Shown: positions 40,028 through 54,501, numbered from the stretch's first letter. The stretch is 64,000 nucleotides of DNA from Terriglobia bacterium (GCA_965223005.1 CBDCVK010000010.1:1088001-1152000), one strand, 5' to 3'. The notes: generated from the letters alone by a model not told the origin. Numbers and translations are program-made.

Positions 40028-41278
40028 ATGATTTGTCCTCACTGCGGATTTACCAACAAACCCGTAGCCACTCGCTGCGAATGCTGCCTGGGAGACTTGG
40101 CTGACGCGTCGGTAGCTCCCCTAATGGACACGCAGCCCGCTGCCGAAGCCGCCACGGAACCGGAGCCAGGTTCGCCGCTCCCACCTTCTGAGGTCCCACC
40201 ACCCGCCAGTCCCAGCGACATGGAGGAGCAGCCGGCCCCTGCCACCCTTGCTGAACCGAGCCGAGTGCCAGCCCTTTCGCCACACGTCCCAAGGGCTGCA
40301 ACCGCCGTCATTATTGGGCTGGTTGTGCTGGGCGCGCTGGGTGGTTTGTGGTTGATGAGGTCACGGCTGGGGTCGTCGCAACTGTTGAGCGAACGTTTGG
40401 GAATCTCGAGCAAGCCAGAGGCAGCGCAGCCCAGCGAACCCGCTGCGCCGGCATCGCCGACGGAAGTCGCGCCCACCGACCCCGCCACCGACGCGCTGGG
40501 CGAGCCGGAGGCCGAGCAGCCACCGTCCCCCCCGCTGTCCACCGAGACCGTCCCGGCGGTCTCCCCGGAGGATAAGGCTGCAGAGGCACGCTATCAGAGA
40601 GCCGTGAATTCCCTGAGTAAGGGACAGACTACCCAAGCGCGCCGGATGCTCCAGGAGATCATTCGGAAGTATCCTAACAACCGTTTTGCCGAGGATGCCC
40701 GCGATCTGCTGCAGCGGATACCCAAGCCGCGGCCTGCGCCGGCGAACAGACCAACCGTGGTGGCCCGAGCGACTCGTCCCTCTGCACGCACTCGACGCCA
40801 AGCACCCGGGCCTGTCGTTGACCCAAGCGAGAGCGCCAGCGAGGGTAAGCGTTCCGTCATTACTACAGATGACCTGCTCGAAGGCCGAAGTGGGGCGCGG
40901 ACTACCCGGCGCCGGAAGCAGACTTCAATTCCTCCTTCTCTACGAGCCGCCCAGGCACGCCCAGTCCAAGGCGCTAGCGCCGCTGCCCGGAACGACGTGC
41001 GACTGATCTCCGCAACGCGCCAGCCAGGGAAGGTGGTGCTGTTAGTCCAGTATCATCTAGTCAGCCGCCACCAGCGCCCGGTCCTTGTTGGGGCGTGGGC
41101 ACTTGGCGGAGGTTCGGCCCGGAACTTCGGCTACAGTGCTTCGCCCATCGCCCCGGGGCGGGGCACCACCACGGTGACCCTGTCCGGCGTCTCTCCCAAT
41201 TTATCCCGCCTGCGCATCGCTTTCATTGAACAAGGTGGGCAGCGCTTCTTCACCAAGGACCTGACTGTTCCCAAATGA
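40028..41278 (+). CDS. Hypothetical single-pass protein: zinc ribbon, TM helix, TPR/BamD-like helix pair and C-terminal beta domain
   Basis: CPHC..CECC; hydrophobic VIIGLVVLGALGGLWL; ARYQRAV..LQEIIRKYPNNRFAEDAR. Confidence 0.7.
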   Translation: MICPHCGFTNKPVATRCECCLGDLADASVAPLMDTQPAAEAATEPEPGSPLPPSEVPPPASPSDMEEQPAPATLAEPSRVPALSPHVPRAATAVIIGLVVLGALGGLWLMRSRLGSSQLLSERLGISSKPEAAQPSEPAAPASPTEVAPTDPATDALGEPEAEQPPSPPLSTETVPAVSPEDKAAEARYQRAVNSLSKGQTTQARRMLQEIIRKYPNNRFAEDARDLLQRIPKPRPAPANRPTVVARATRPSARTRRQAPGPVVDPSESASEGKRSVITTDDLLEGRSGARTTRRRKQTSIPPSLRAAQARPVQGASAAARNDVRLISATRQPGKVVLLVQYHLVSRHQRPVLVGAWALGGGSARNFGYSASPIAPGRGTTTVTLSGVSPNLSRLRIAFIEQGGQRFFTKDLTVPK

Positions 41279-41491
41279 GTTGGTTGACATTGGTCCGCAG
41301 TCTGGCGTTCTGGACAACAGTTCTGCCTAAGTTGCCTAAGTTCCCTAAGATGATCGTTGTGACCTTGTCCTCCGGAAGATGGGCATTTCTCCGTGAGTGG
41401 CCGTCTGGGGAACGACCCTTGCTGAAGAGCCTTGAGGAATTCGGCGGACCGAGGTGAAAGAATCCGAAATCGTTAAGCCAGAAGGAGAATC

Positions 41492-42313
41492 ATGCTACGG
41501 GCTTTAAGTGGCGCAACCACCATGCAGGCCGACCTGCCGACCGATATTCAGGTGGCTCGACAGGCCGGATTTTCTCTGCTGGAGTTGAGCGCCCCCAAGC
41601 TGCGGAAATTTCTGCAATCGGGCACCGCGGTCCAGGTTGTGGAAATGCTGGAAGCCGCCCAGGTGCGCCCGCTGAGCATTGTCTCGGTGGAGGGCATCAC
41701 CTACGCGGGAGACCAGTGGGAACGTGTGGAGCACGAATACCGCCAGCTGGCTCGGCTGGCTGGTGAGATCGGCTGCGAAGTGCTGGTCGCCAGTCCGGGG
41801 GCACGCCCTGCCGGCGTCACCGATGGGGAAGTGAAGGAGGAATCGGTCAGCGTCCTGGAAGCGCTGGCTGACATTGCATCGGCCGACGGCGTCAAGCTCG
41901 GCGTCGAGTTTCTCTCTCACCGCTCCTGTTCGGTCCGTACCCTGGAGCAGGCCTCGGAAATCATCTCTGAACTCGACCGTCCCGATGTAGGCCTGGTGCT
42001 GGACACATTCCATTTCCATGCCGGCGGTTCCAACTGGGCTTCCCTGCGCCGAATGCAAGCAGCCAAGCTGTTCATCTTCCAGGTGAGCGACTGTGAAAGC
42101 CTGCCGCGAGCCCAACTGCAGGACCAGCACCGGCTGCTTCCCGGCGCCGGCGGTCTTCCCCTCGGCAAGATCTGGCAGGAACTGAATGCGATCGGCTATG
42201 ACCGCTTGGCCTCGGTCGAGGTGCCCCGCCCAGAATACTGGAAGCGTGACCCGCAAGAATTGGCCACCGAGGCTCGCCAAGCGCTGGAAACAACGCTGGG
42301 TCTGAAAAAGTGA
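41492..42313 (+). CDS. Sugar phosphate isomerase/epimerase (IolI/AP endonuclease 2 TIM barrel)
   Basis: LGVEFL, LVLDTFHFH, QHRLLPGAG, SVEV. Confidence 0.88.
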   Translation: MLRALSGATTMQADLPTDIQVARQAGFSLLELSAPKLRKFLQSGTAVQVVEMLEAAQVRPLSIVSVEGITYAGDQWERVEHEYRQLARLAGEIGCEVLVASPGARPAGVTDGEVKEESVSVLEALADIASADGVKLGVEFLSHRSCSVRTLEQASEIISELDRPDVGLVLDTFHFHAGGSNWASLRRMQAAKLFIFQVSDCESLPRAQLQDQHRLLPGAGGLPLGKIWQELNAIGYDRLASVEVPRPEYWKRDPQELATEARQALETTLGLKK

Positions 42314-43089
42314 ACGGCCGATATCCTCGTATGCAGCCATTGGCCGGTTCACCACTAACCAGATCTGGAGAAATCAATGAAGACGAGCTCTTGGGCGACG
42401 GTGGGTAGCCCGGCTCCCGACCTTGTCTACTCCAACCTGCAAGGCAAGACCATGCACCTGGCTGAGCTGTGGGCCAAGGGACCGGCGATGCTTGTCTGGC
42501 TTCGCCACTTCGGCTGACAGTTCTTTGTCGAGATACTGGCGCAGTTGCGCGAGAAGTTGGCTGAATTCGAAAGCCGTGGCGTGCGGGTGAGCTGTGTGGT
42601 CCAGGGCACCGCGGAAGAAGCCGCCCGATTCTGTGGAAGACACGAGCTGGCTGAGATCTGCATCGCCGACCCCTCCAAAGAGAGCTATCGGGCCATGAAC
42701 CTGGGACGGGCCTCCTGGCGGAACATCCTCTTCGCCTCTCCGGACTATCGCCGGCGCAGGGCCGAGGCCGGCCAAGCCGGCTGCCGCAACAGCCTAACCG
42801 GGGCGTTGCAGAAGTACAGTGCCGTGCTGCAATTGCCCGGCGCTGCGCTCGTCGCCCGGGGCGGCAACATCCTGTGGCTGCATCGTGGCTCTCATCCCGG
42901 CGATCTGCCCTCTGAGCCTGATCCGATTCAGTGGACGGTTTAGTTACGTTGGTTGAGTCTCTCTCTTTTTTCTTCCTTTCATGAACGCGATAATGGGTGT
43001 GGACGCTGTGGGAAACCGCGTTCTGTGCGGTTTTCCAAGTCACTCGTGGACGCGTTTTCCGCGTCCACAGGGACGGCAGCGTCCATGCC

Positions 43090-43947
43090 CTACGCCGCCA
43101 CGCGTCGCTCGAAGGCGGCCGGACTGATCTGGCCGAGCGTCGAGTGGCGCCGCCGCTGGTTATAGAACACTTCGATGTAGTCGAATAACTCCATCTTGGC
43201 CTCGCCGTTGCTGTCGAAGTGCTCGCGGAGTTCGCTCTTGACCGTCGAGAAGAAGCTTTCCATCACGGCATTGTCGTAGCAATTGCCCCGGCGGCTCATG
43301 CTACAGATGATACCGTGTGTGTCGAGCACGTCTTGGTAGTCCTCGCTCGCATAGGTGCCGCCCTGGTCGGAATGGTGCAGCAGACCGGCGTCGGGGCAGC
43401 GGCGCTTCAGCGCCATCTGGAGCGCCTTGATGGTCAGATGGCGGTCGTTGACGGCGCTCACGGCCCATCCCACGATGAACCGGGAGAACAGATCCAAGAT
43501 CGCCGCAAGGTAGAGCTTCCCGCTGCCGCCGATGACGAACTCCGTCGTGTCGCCGACCCACCGTTGATTCGGCGCGGCCGCCTCAAAGTGTCGGTCCAGG
43601 AGATTGGCCGCCACCGGTTGATCGTGATCACTCATCGTGGTGAGCTTGTACCGCTTGCGCCGCCGCGCCTTCAGCCCGTCTTTCTGCATCAGGCGCACGA
43701 CCCGTTTGCGGCTGACGTGCTCCTCCTGCTCAAGGAGATCCTCGTGAACGCGCGGGCTGCCGTAGCGCTGCTTGCTCGCCTCAAACGACGCCCGCACCAG
43801 CACGGTCAGCCGGCGATCCTCGCGTGCATGCGTTGATTCTGGACGCGCGCGCCAGGCGTAAAAGCCACTCCGCGTGACGTCGAGCCAGCGGCAGAGCTTC
43901 GTGAGCGGGTAGGTGGCCTTCTCCGCCTGGATCCACGCGAACTTCAC
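43090..43947 (-). CDS. IS3 transposase OrfB (DDE integrase core)
   Basis: YGSPRV, WVGDTT, HHSDQG, NCYDNAVMESFF, FYNQRRRHSTLG. Confidence 0.92.
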   Translation of the reverse strand: MKFAWIQAEKATYPLTKLCRWLDVTRSGFYAWRARPESTHAREDRRLTVLVRASFEASKQRYGSPRVHEDLLEQEEHVSRKRVVRLMQKDGLKARRRKRYKLTTMSDHDQPVAANLLDRHFEAAAPNQRWVGDTTEFVIGGSGKLYLAAILDLFSRFIVGWAVSAVNDRHLTIKALQMALKRRCPDAGLLHHSDQGGTYASEDYQDVLDTHGIICSMSRRGNCYDNAVMESFFSTVKSELREHFDSNGEAKMELFDYIEVFYNQRRRHSTLGQISPAAFERRVAA

Positions 43948-44261
43948 AGGTGGTCCTTCGCGAAGAAGGCCGTGGCTTTTTTTAGGACGTCGCGCTCCAT
44001 CCGCAGCTCGCGATTGTCTTTGCGTAGGCGCGCCAGCTCGGCGCGCTCCTCGGTCGTCAGCCCCGTCTTGCCCTTCGTCCGATCGGCACGTGCCTGCTTC
44101 ACCCACTGCGCCAGGGCCGATGGCGTCAGATCCAACTCGCGCGCGACGGCGCCGACCGTCTTGCCCGCATCCAAGACCAGCCGAACGGCTCCGATCCGGA
44201 ACTCCTCACTGAACTGTCGTCGCGCCCGTCTCCCTGCCTTCGTTGATCCCATTCTGGACAT
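43944..44261 (-). CDS. IS3 transposase OrfA (HTH)
   Basis: RRQFSEEFR..AVRLV..VARELDL..LKKATAFFAK; A7G slippery run near 43976-43983. Confidence 0.9.
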   Translation of the reverse strand: MSRMGSTKAGRRARRQFSEEFRIGAVRLVLDAGKTVGAVARELDLTPSALAQWVKQARADRTKGKTGLTTEERAELARLRKDNRELRMERDVLKKATAFFAKDHL

Positions 44262-44462
44262 CGTATCCGCCTTTCGGAACGTGTCCACGAAACCGGATCA
44301 AGCCCACTCCGCCGAAGCGCTTCTCAAGGTAGTGGATCAACACTTGGAACGGCCTACAGCTTCGTCCTGAAGCTGGGTCGTCTTTGCTGCCTGCACCCTG
44401 CCGTGCCTTTGCTCCAAACCCCAAGGAGCAACACCAAATCTGCCACGTGTCATAATGGGGGG

Positions 44463-45971
44463 ATGTTGGTGCGCGTGCGCTTTGCACCCAGCCCGACCGG
44501 GCAACTGCACGTGGGCAACGCGCGTACGGCGCTGTTCAATTGGTTGTTTGCTCGGCAACAGGGCGGTGCGGTTATTGTACGCATTGAAGACACTGATGTC
44601 GAGCGCTCCGAGCCGGGCTCCGAGGCACAGTTAATCGGCGAGCTTCGCTGGCTGGGCCTGGATTGGGACGAAGGCCCCGACGTCGGTGGCCCGCACGGCC
44701 CCTACCGGCAGTCCGAGCGCCTTCCCCTTTACCGGAAATACGGCGGTCAGCTGATTGATACCGGCTCGGCCTACTACTGCTTCTGCAGCCCGGAGCAACT
44801 GGAGGCGGACCGGCGGGCGGCGCTGGCTGCGGGCCGCCAGCCGATGTATGCCGGACGCTGCCGCGACATCGCCCCGACCGAGGCCCGGGCGCGGCGAAGC
44901 CGGGGCGAGCCCGCCTCCATCCGGCTGAAGATTCCCCCGCGTCCCATCCGCTTCCACGACCTGGTTCACGGGGAGGTGGAATTTTCCCACGAAGTGATTG
45001 GCGACCCCATCCTGCTGCGCTCCGACGCCACGCCGGCCTACAACTACGCCGTCGTGGTGGATGACGCGCTGATGGCGATTACCCATGTGATCCGGGGCGA
45101 CGACCACCTGTCCAACACGCCGCGCCAGGTGGCCGTTTACCAGGCGCTGGGCTGGGGAGCACCGCAGTTTGCGCACCTCTCCACCATTCTGGGCAGCGAC
45201 CACACCCGGCTGAGCAAGCGCCACGGCGCCACCTCGGTCAGCCACTTTCACCAGCTCGGCATCCTGCCGGAGGCGCTGATGAACTACCTGTCGTTACTGG
45301 GCTGGTCGTCTGGCGAAAGCAATCGGGAAATCTTCTCGCCGTCGGAGCTGGTGGAAGCCTTCCGCCTGGACCAGGTGACGAAGGGCCCGGCAATGTTCAA
45401 TCCGGAGAAACTCTACTGGCTGAATCGTCATTACTTGAAACAGGCTGACGCGGAGCGAGTGCTGCAGCTGGCCATCGGCGTCTTCCAGCAGGCTGGGCTG
45501 GTCGGCGAAACGCCAGACCAGTCGACGCACGGCTGGCTGGGCAATGTGCTGGAAACGGTTCTGTCCTCGGTAGACCACCTGAGCCAGTTACCCGAGCGCA
45601 CCGAGTTGATCTTTGCCTATGAGGCGCGCACCGCACTGCACTTGCCGCCCAACCAGGAAGTGCTGGCCGCGCCGGGAGCCGCCGAAGTGCTGACCAGTTT
45701 CCTGAGCCACGTGCTGCCCGACGGAGAGTTGACCGGCGAGCTGACCGTGGAACGCTTTCGCCAGATCATGGACGCCGTGAAGCGAGAGACGCAGCAGAAA
45801 GGCAAACGCCTGTTCCACCCGGTGCGGGTGGCGATCACCGGCCATCCTTCGGGGCCCGAGCTGGACAAGCTGATTCCGCTGCTGGAAGCGGGCAGCCGCC
45901 TTCCTCTGCCTCGCCATGTGAAGAGTGCGAGGGAGCGCCTGGAGGAGTTCGCTCGCGAGTATCGCCGGTAG
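44463..45971 (+). CDS. gltX: Glutamate--tRNA ligase
   Basis: RVRFAPSPTGQLHVGNART, RIEDTD, YYCFC, HVIRGDDH, RLSKRHG. Confidence 0.96.
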   Translation: MLVRVRFAPSPTGQLHVGNARTALFNWLFARQQGGAVIVRIEDTDVERSEPGSEAQLIGELRWLGLDWDEGPDVGGPHGPYRQSERLPLYRKYGGQLIDTGSAYYCFCSPEQLEADRRAALAAGRQPMYAGRCRDIAPTEARARRSRGEPASIRLKIPPRPIRFHDLVHGEVEFSHEVIGDPILLRSDATPAYNYAVVVDDALMAITHVIRGDDHLSNTPRQVAVYQALGWGAPQFAHLSTILGSDHTRLSKRHGATSVSHFHQLGILPEALMNYLSLLGWSSGESNREIFSPSELVEAFRLDQVTKGPAMFNPEKLYWLNRHYLKQADAERVLQLAIGVFQQAGLVGETPDQSTHGWLGNVLETVLSSVDHLSQLPERTELIFAYEARTALHLPPNQEVLAAPGAAEVLTSFLSHVLPDGELTGELTVERFRQIMDAVKRETQQKGKRLFHPVRVAITGHPSGPELDKLIPLLEAGSRLPLPRHVKSARERLEEFAREYRR

Positions 45972-46021
45972 CGGCACCCTTTAGGGTGCCACTTGGCCGG
46001 GCACGCCTATGACCACCGCTT

Positions 46022-46768
46022 ATGACCACCATCGCCGGTATCCACGCCGTTCGTGAAGCGTTGCGCGCCGGGCGCCCGCTCGAGCGCGTGCACGTGCAGG
46101 AGCAGCACAAGCCGTCTGCGCGGCTGCGCGAGATTCTGGAGCTGTGTCGCCGTGACGGGGTTCCCGTGCGTCGGGGAACGCGCGCGCAATTGGACCGCTT
46201 GGCGCCGGGAGCCGTGCACCAGGGCGTGCTGGCAATGGCCGGGGCGCACCCCTACGCGGAACTCGAGGCAGTCCTGGAACGGCTGGAGCATGCCGGGGCC
46301 AGCCATCGCGGCCTCCTGGTGGTGCTGGATGGCATAGAAGACCCGCACAACCTGGGCGCGATCATCCGCAGCGCCCACGCCGTCGGCGCCGATGCCGTGG
46401 TGATTCCCGAGCGACGCGCTGCGGGCCTGACTCCGGCGGCGGCCAAGGCTGCTGCCGGCGCCCTGGAGTATCTTCCGGTGGCGCGGGTCACCAACGTGGG
46501 ACGTGCGCTTGAGGATTTGAAACGTCGCGGCTTCTGGATCGTCGGCCTGGACGAGCACAGTCAGAAGAGCCTGCTCCAGATAGACCTGACTGTCCCGACC
46601 GTGCTTGTGCTGGGCGCCGAGGGACATGGCCTACACCAGCAGACGCGCCAGAAGTGCGATTTCCTGGCCTCGATTCCCGTCGTCGGCCGCCTGGCTACGC
46701 TGAACGTCTCGGTGGCTGCGGGGGTCGCTTTGTTCGAAGCCCTGCGCCAGCGCCGCCCTCCGGCCTAG
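46022..46768 (+). CDS. rlmB: 23S rRNA Gm2251 2'-O-methyltransferase (SpoU family)
   Basis: HQGV, LDGIEDPHNLGAIIRSA, LGAEGHG, LNVSVAAG. Confidence 0.92.
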   Translation: MTTIAGIHAVREALRAGRPLERVHVQEQHKPSARLREILELCRRDGVPVRRGTRAQLDRLAPGAVHQGVLAMAGAHPYAELEAVLERLEHAGASHRGLLVVLDGIEDPHNLGAIIRSAHAVGADAVVIPERRAAGLTPAAAKAAAGALEYLPVARVTNVGRALEDLKRRGFWIVGLDEHSQKSLLQIDLTVPTVLVLGAEGHGLHQQTRQKCDFLASIPVVGRLATLNVSVAAGVALFEALRQRRPPA

Positions 46769-46906
46769 CGGCATGCCTCCACTCCTCCGGCATTAGATGA
46801 TCCTAGCCCTGCCATGTCATCCCGAGCGCAGCAAGGGAGATGCTTTTCAACGACAGCAAACGCTATCGCTGACAGGGGCAGTGAAGTCCACACTGGTTAA
46901 TTGAAG

Positions 46907-47953
<1,047 letters not shown>

Positions 47954-47981
47954 GCGAAAACCGCCGAATTCACCATTTCCT

Positions 47982-48776
47982 TCAGCCGAACTGTCGAAAA
48001 CCCTGCGTGGCGAAATATAGCAGTATGAACAAGGTGGTGTTGTACGCCAAGTGCATGAAATAGGGCGGGGCCAACGAGCCGGTCCGTCCGCGAGTCCAGG
48101 CGAGCACCAGGCCGATTCCGAAGATGGCCGCCACCTGCAGTGCCCCGCCACGGAGTTGGGGGACGTGGATGACAGCAAACAGCAGCGAGGTGCTCCAGAT
48201 TGCCACGCGCAGCCCCCCGGCCCGTTCGAACGCGGCGAACAGGAAGCCGCGGAAAAGCACCTCCTCCACCAGCGGCGCCACCAGAATGCCGAAGGCAGCC
48301 AGCAGGTAGGCCGCCTCCTGGTTGTGGAACAGTCGCTCGATCGGGAGTCTGGTTTCGTTGGGAAGCGAGAGGATCTGCACCAGCACAGCCAGAGCTGCCC
48401 CGGCAAGAACGAAGTTGGCCACGCCGGTGCCGGGAGCACGCGGCCAGCGCAGTCCGGCCCAGAACGGAAATCGGTGCTTGAACCGGATCACCGAATAGAT
48501 GTAGAGCATCAGCAGCAGATAAAGGAAGCTCTGCAGCAGTAACACGACCAGCACATTGGCCTTTGGTGCAGGCTCCTCCGGAGCGGGCAGCATGCCCAAG
48601 GCGGCCAGGAACAGCAGGAACAGCACGACGGGCAGGGCCTCTAGCAAACTCCAGGCGGGCTGTGCTCCTGCAGGCGCCGGCTCGGCCACACCGGCTGCCG
48701 TAGCGGGGGGACCACCGGGCGGCGGCCGGGCCGGGGCAGATTGCGGTTCCAGTTTCGAATTGCTGCTATCAGCCAT
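47982..48776 (-). CDS. CPBP (CAAX/Abi) intramembrane metalloprotease
   Basis: [21 protein letters not shown]. Confidence 0.9.
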   Translation of the reverse strand: MADSSNSKLEPQSAPARPPPGGPPATAAGVAEPAPAGAQPAWSLLEALPVVLFLLFLAALGMLPAPEEPAPKANVLVVLLLQSFLYLLLMLYIYSVIRFKHRFPFWAGLRWPRAPGTGVANFVLAGAALAVLVQILSLPNETRLPIERLFHNQEAAYLLAAFGILVAPLVEEVLFRGFLFAAFERAGGLRVAIWSTSLLFAVIHVPQLRGGALQVAAIFGIGLVLAWTRGRTGSLAPPYFMHLAYNTTLFILLYFATQGFRQFG

Positions 48777-48844
48777 TGCCTCTCGTCTGGTTTAACCAGG
48801 CTGGCGAAGCGGCCAAGGTCTTGTTGCCGCCCCGCCCTGCCACT

Positions 48845-51649
<2,805 letters not shown>

Positions 51650-51867
51650 GCCCCTCAGCCAGACCTTGCAGCAGGCATGTCGCCACAGGTAGGAATTTCG
51701 GCGACTGCCTAACCCAGCAATGTTACTTCATGGCGGAAAGAAGGGTCAATTCTGAGACCAGCACATATTCTTAAAAGAAATATGAATCGTTCTATCTATA
51801 CGCCACATCTCATGCAGTGAATCCGATGATGATTCGAATGAGGCATCAACAAAGAGAAGGAGCAAGC

Positions 51868-52827
51868 ATGACTAAAACTGTCCTGATCACCGGCGCATCG
51901 ACTGGCTTTGGCCGCGACACTGCCGAAACTCTAGCCCGCGCTGGCCACAAAGTGTTTGCCTCGATGCGCGATCCGGAAGCCAAGAACCGTGCCCACGCGG
52001 ACGCACTCCGAGGCCAGAACATCGAAGTCGTCGAGCTCGATGTCACTGATTCCCAATCGGTCGATCGAGCTGTCGCCGCGGTTGTCGCGAAGGCAGGTCG
52101 CATCGATGTCCTGATTAACAATGCCGGCGTCGCAGCGGCCGGCGTGTCGGAAGCGTTCACGCCCGAGCAGGCGACCGCGCTGTTCGACGTCAACGTCATC
52201 GGCCTACATCGGGTAACCCGTGCGGTGCTGCCACACCTCCGTCGCCGCAATGACGGCCTGATCATCAACATCAGCTCGGTCCTCGGTCGCGTCACCTTCC
52301 CCTTTTTCGGGCTCTATAGCGCGAGCAAGTTCGCGGTCGAGGCTCTGACCGACAGTTTCCGCTACGAGGTCTCACAGCTCGGAGTCGACGTCGCTCTTGT
52401 GCAACCCAGCGCCTACCCCACACAGATGTATGCCAGCGCGATTCAACCGGCTGACAGCACCCGAGTGGCGGAGTACGGTGCCGTGGGGGAGATCCCCGGC
52501 GCCATGTTCCAGCATTTCACCACCATGTTGTCAGCGCCAGACGCGCCGAACCCTCACGATATCGCCGAAGCAATCGCCAAACTGATCGTCACCCCAAGGG
52601 GTGACCGACCAGCGCGCACCGTAGTGGGCGCCAGCTATGGCGCGGATACCCTGAACGACGCGACAGAACCAGTTCAGTCGAGCGCAGTCAAGGCACTCGG
52701 CCTCGGCCATCTTGCGACGGCACCGAGCGTGCTCACGAAAAGCGCATGGTTGCACGCGCCGGGCCGGCGACACAGCCGGCCCGGCGCATCTCGGGCTTTC
52801 AGCCTACAAGGAGAGAGCGCGCCATGA
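51868..52827 (+). CDS. SDR family oxidoreductase
   Basis: TGASTGFG, NNAG, YSASK. Confidence 0.92.
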   Translation: MTKTVLITGASTGFGRDTAETLARAGHKVFASMRDPEAKNRAHADALRGQNIEVVELDVTDSQSVDRAVAAVVAKAGRIDVLINNAGVAAAGVSEAFTPEQATALFDVNVIGLHRVTRAVLPHLRRRNDGLIINISSVLGRVTFPFFGLYSASKFAVEALTDSFRYEVSQLGVDVALVQPSAYPTQMYASAIQPADSTRVAEYGAVGEIPGAMFQHFTTMLSAPDAPNPHDIAEAIAKLIVTPRGDRPARTVVGASYGADTLNDATEPVQSSAVKALGLGHLATAPSVLTKSAWLHAPGRRHSRPGASRAFSLQGESAP

Positions 52828-53219
52828 CCACTCCAGTTAAGCTTGTCCAGAAGTTCTATGCAGCACTCAGCAGCGGCGACATACCGACCATTTTGGCAGT
52901 CCTTGATCCCGACCTGAAGTGGACCGAGGCTGAGAGATTCCCCTACTACGGCGGAACCTGGCACAGTCCCCAGGCCGTCATCGATAATTTACTGGTCCCG
53001 CTTGGTCGCGACTGGGAGGGCTTTTCAGCCAAAGTCGACGATTTTATAGCCCAAGATAACCGCGTCGTGGCATTCGGAACTTACTCTGGAACGTACAAGC
53101 AGACAGGGCATTCTATGTCTTCGCCCTTTGCGCATTTGTGGGCAGCTTGTGATGGACGGCTGTCGCACTTTGCCCAGTACACCGACACGGCCAAGGTCCT
53201 GGAAGCGCTCCGACCCTGA
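52824..53219 (+). CDS. SnoaL/NTF2-like protein
   Basis: FYAALSSGDI..WTEAERFPYYG..FAHLW..QYTDT; ATGA overlap with the SDR gene. Confidence 0.88.
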   Translation: MTTPVKLVQKFYAALSSGDIPTILAVLDPDLKWTEAERFPYYGGTWHSPQAVIDNLLVPLGRDWEGFSAKVDDFIAQDNRVVAFGTYSGTYKQTGHSMSSPFAHLWAACDGRLSHFAQYTDTAKVLEALRP

Positions 53220-53228
53220 GCAGCCCGC

Positions 53229-54458
53229 CTAGGCGGGCTTGCGGGCAAACTTGTCGGCCCAGCGGATGCGCCCCGTCAGTTGCATCACTACGAACAGAGT
53301 CAGGATCGAGCCGATGGTGATCGCCAACCCCGTAAAGCCTTTGAAGAAGAAGGCGTAGGAGAACAGGATCAGGTAGATCAACTGTGCCGTTCCTGCTTCC
53401 ACGGCCGCGAAACGCATCCCCACTACCAGGCGCAGGTAGCTCACGACCAGAAGAATGGAGACCGCCGAGCAGATGACGAATGCCGCGTGGATCGAGATGT
53501 GGTCCACCAGGTAAGCCAGCAACAGGTGAAACGAGAAGAAGGCGCACGCCAGAAAGAAGTAGTTCATCGGATGCAGGTCAATGGCCCGCAGGGTGGTGAT
53601 GATGAACAGCAGGAAAAAAAAGAAGAAGAGCGACACCGGCGCGAAAAAGCTGATACGCCCCGCCAGCGGCCCCGGCTGCAGCTTCTCCGGCATCGCCATG
53701 CCTATCTGAAGGCCCGAGACGAGGTTCTTGTACGCCCAGGTGAGCTCCCAGCCGTCGGCCGTTTCGCGCTTCTCCGAGGGTGAGAGCGTGTCCGGCGGGA
53801 AATCAATCTCCTTGAAGTTGGTGGCCATCTTCAGCTGGAAGTCACGCACCTGAGCCACCTCGCCGCCGAAGCTGTACTGCCAGGTGTCGAGCCCCTGGGA
53901 ACGGTAGCCAACCTGAAGCACCACCGTCTTCCCAGCGGGGACGCGAGTGGTAGCTCTGGCCGCGCCTTTCCGGTTCCTCACCACCAGCGGAACGCCATCC
54001 ACCAGGAACGACAGGTCATCGTAGATGGCCTGGGCGGCGGGAAAATCTAGCGAGAAGGCGACTTGCTCGTCCCGGCTACTGGTGTTCTGGAAGGTATAGG
54101 CGCCGGCGAAGACAACCTTGTACGTGCTGTGCCAGAGCAATCCCTTTCGCCGATGTTCCAGGTCCAATTGCACGTCCACCCGGCTGCTCAAAAGTGCCAG
54201 CGGGGTCACCACTCGCTCCTGTTCGGTGCGAAGGACCGTCTTACCCTGCTCCACGCGCTCGACCTTCCTGGAGAAGACCCGTTCATAGGAGGCCGCCGGC
54301 GGGGCCTGCTGCTGCGGCGCGCCCCAATTGGAAACCACCCGGCCGCGCAGCTCGGAGCGAGAAGCGTGGGTCCGGGAGAAGATGGTGGCGCCTAGAATCG
54401 CCCAGGCGACCGCGGTGCAGGCGAAGATGAAAACGATGGCGGCGATGCGCCGGGTCAT
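53229..54458 (-). CDS. Inner membrane CreD-family protein
   Basis: N-terminal TM helix, periplasmic domain, C-terminal TMs with HPMNY..FHLLLAYL and VVMQLT..IRW. Confidence 0.8.
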   Translation of the reverse strand: MTRRIAAIVFIFACTAVAWAILGATIFSRTHASRSELRGRVVSNWGAPQQQAPPAASYERVFSRKVERVEQGKTVLRTEQERVVTPLALLSSRVDVQLDLEHRRKGLLWHSTYKVVFAGAYTFQNTSSRDEQVAFSLDFPAAQAIYDDLSFLVDGVPLVVRNRKGAARATTRVPAGKTVVLQVGYRSQGLDTWQYSFGGEVAQVRDFQLKMATNFKEIDFPPDTLSPSEKRETADGWELTWAYKNLVSGLQIGMAMPEKLQPGPLAGRISFFAPVSLFFFFFLLFIITTLRAIDLHPMNYFFLACAFFSFHLLLAYLVDHISIHAAFVICSAVSILLVVSYLRLVVGMRFAAVEAGTAQLIYLILFSYAFFFKGFTGLAITIGSILTLFVVMQLTGRIRWADKFARKPA

Positions 54459-54482
54459 AGGTACCTCCATTGCGCTGTAATA

Positions 54483-54501
54483 TACTTTGCAGTACAAAGT
54501 A
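54483..54501. promoter_or_regulatory. Palindromic operator TACTTTG-N5-CAAAGTA upstream of the creD-like gene
   Basis: Perfect 7-bp inverted repeat 25-43 nt upstream of the ATG. Confidence 0.65.

Larger units (their letters stand above)
42913..44306 (-). mobile_element. IS3-family insertion sequence, apparently intact
   Basis: IRs TGAGCCTGATCCGATTCAGTGGAC / TGGGCTTGATCCGGTTTCGTGGAC; 3-bp target duplication CTC. Confidence 0.93.
42377..44370 (+). pseudogene. AhpC/TSA-like (peroxiredoxin-like) probable selenoprotein, interrupted near its 3' end by IS3
   Basis: ATG at 42377 and in-frame TGA at 42515 in LVWLRHFG-U-QFF, continuing in frame to ADPSKESYRA..LQLPG..HPGDLP. After IS removal it continues SAEALLKVV...* to 44370. 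Confidence 0.8.

Noticed and set aside
46815-46848. REP-like TGTCATCCCGAGCGCAGC between convergent rlmB and mtnA
   Set aside because: Single degenerate copy in the window, so it cannot be supported as a repeat family from this sequence alone.
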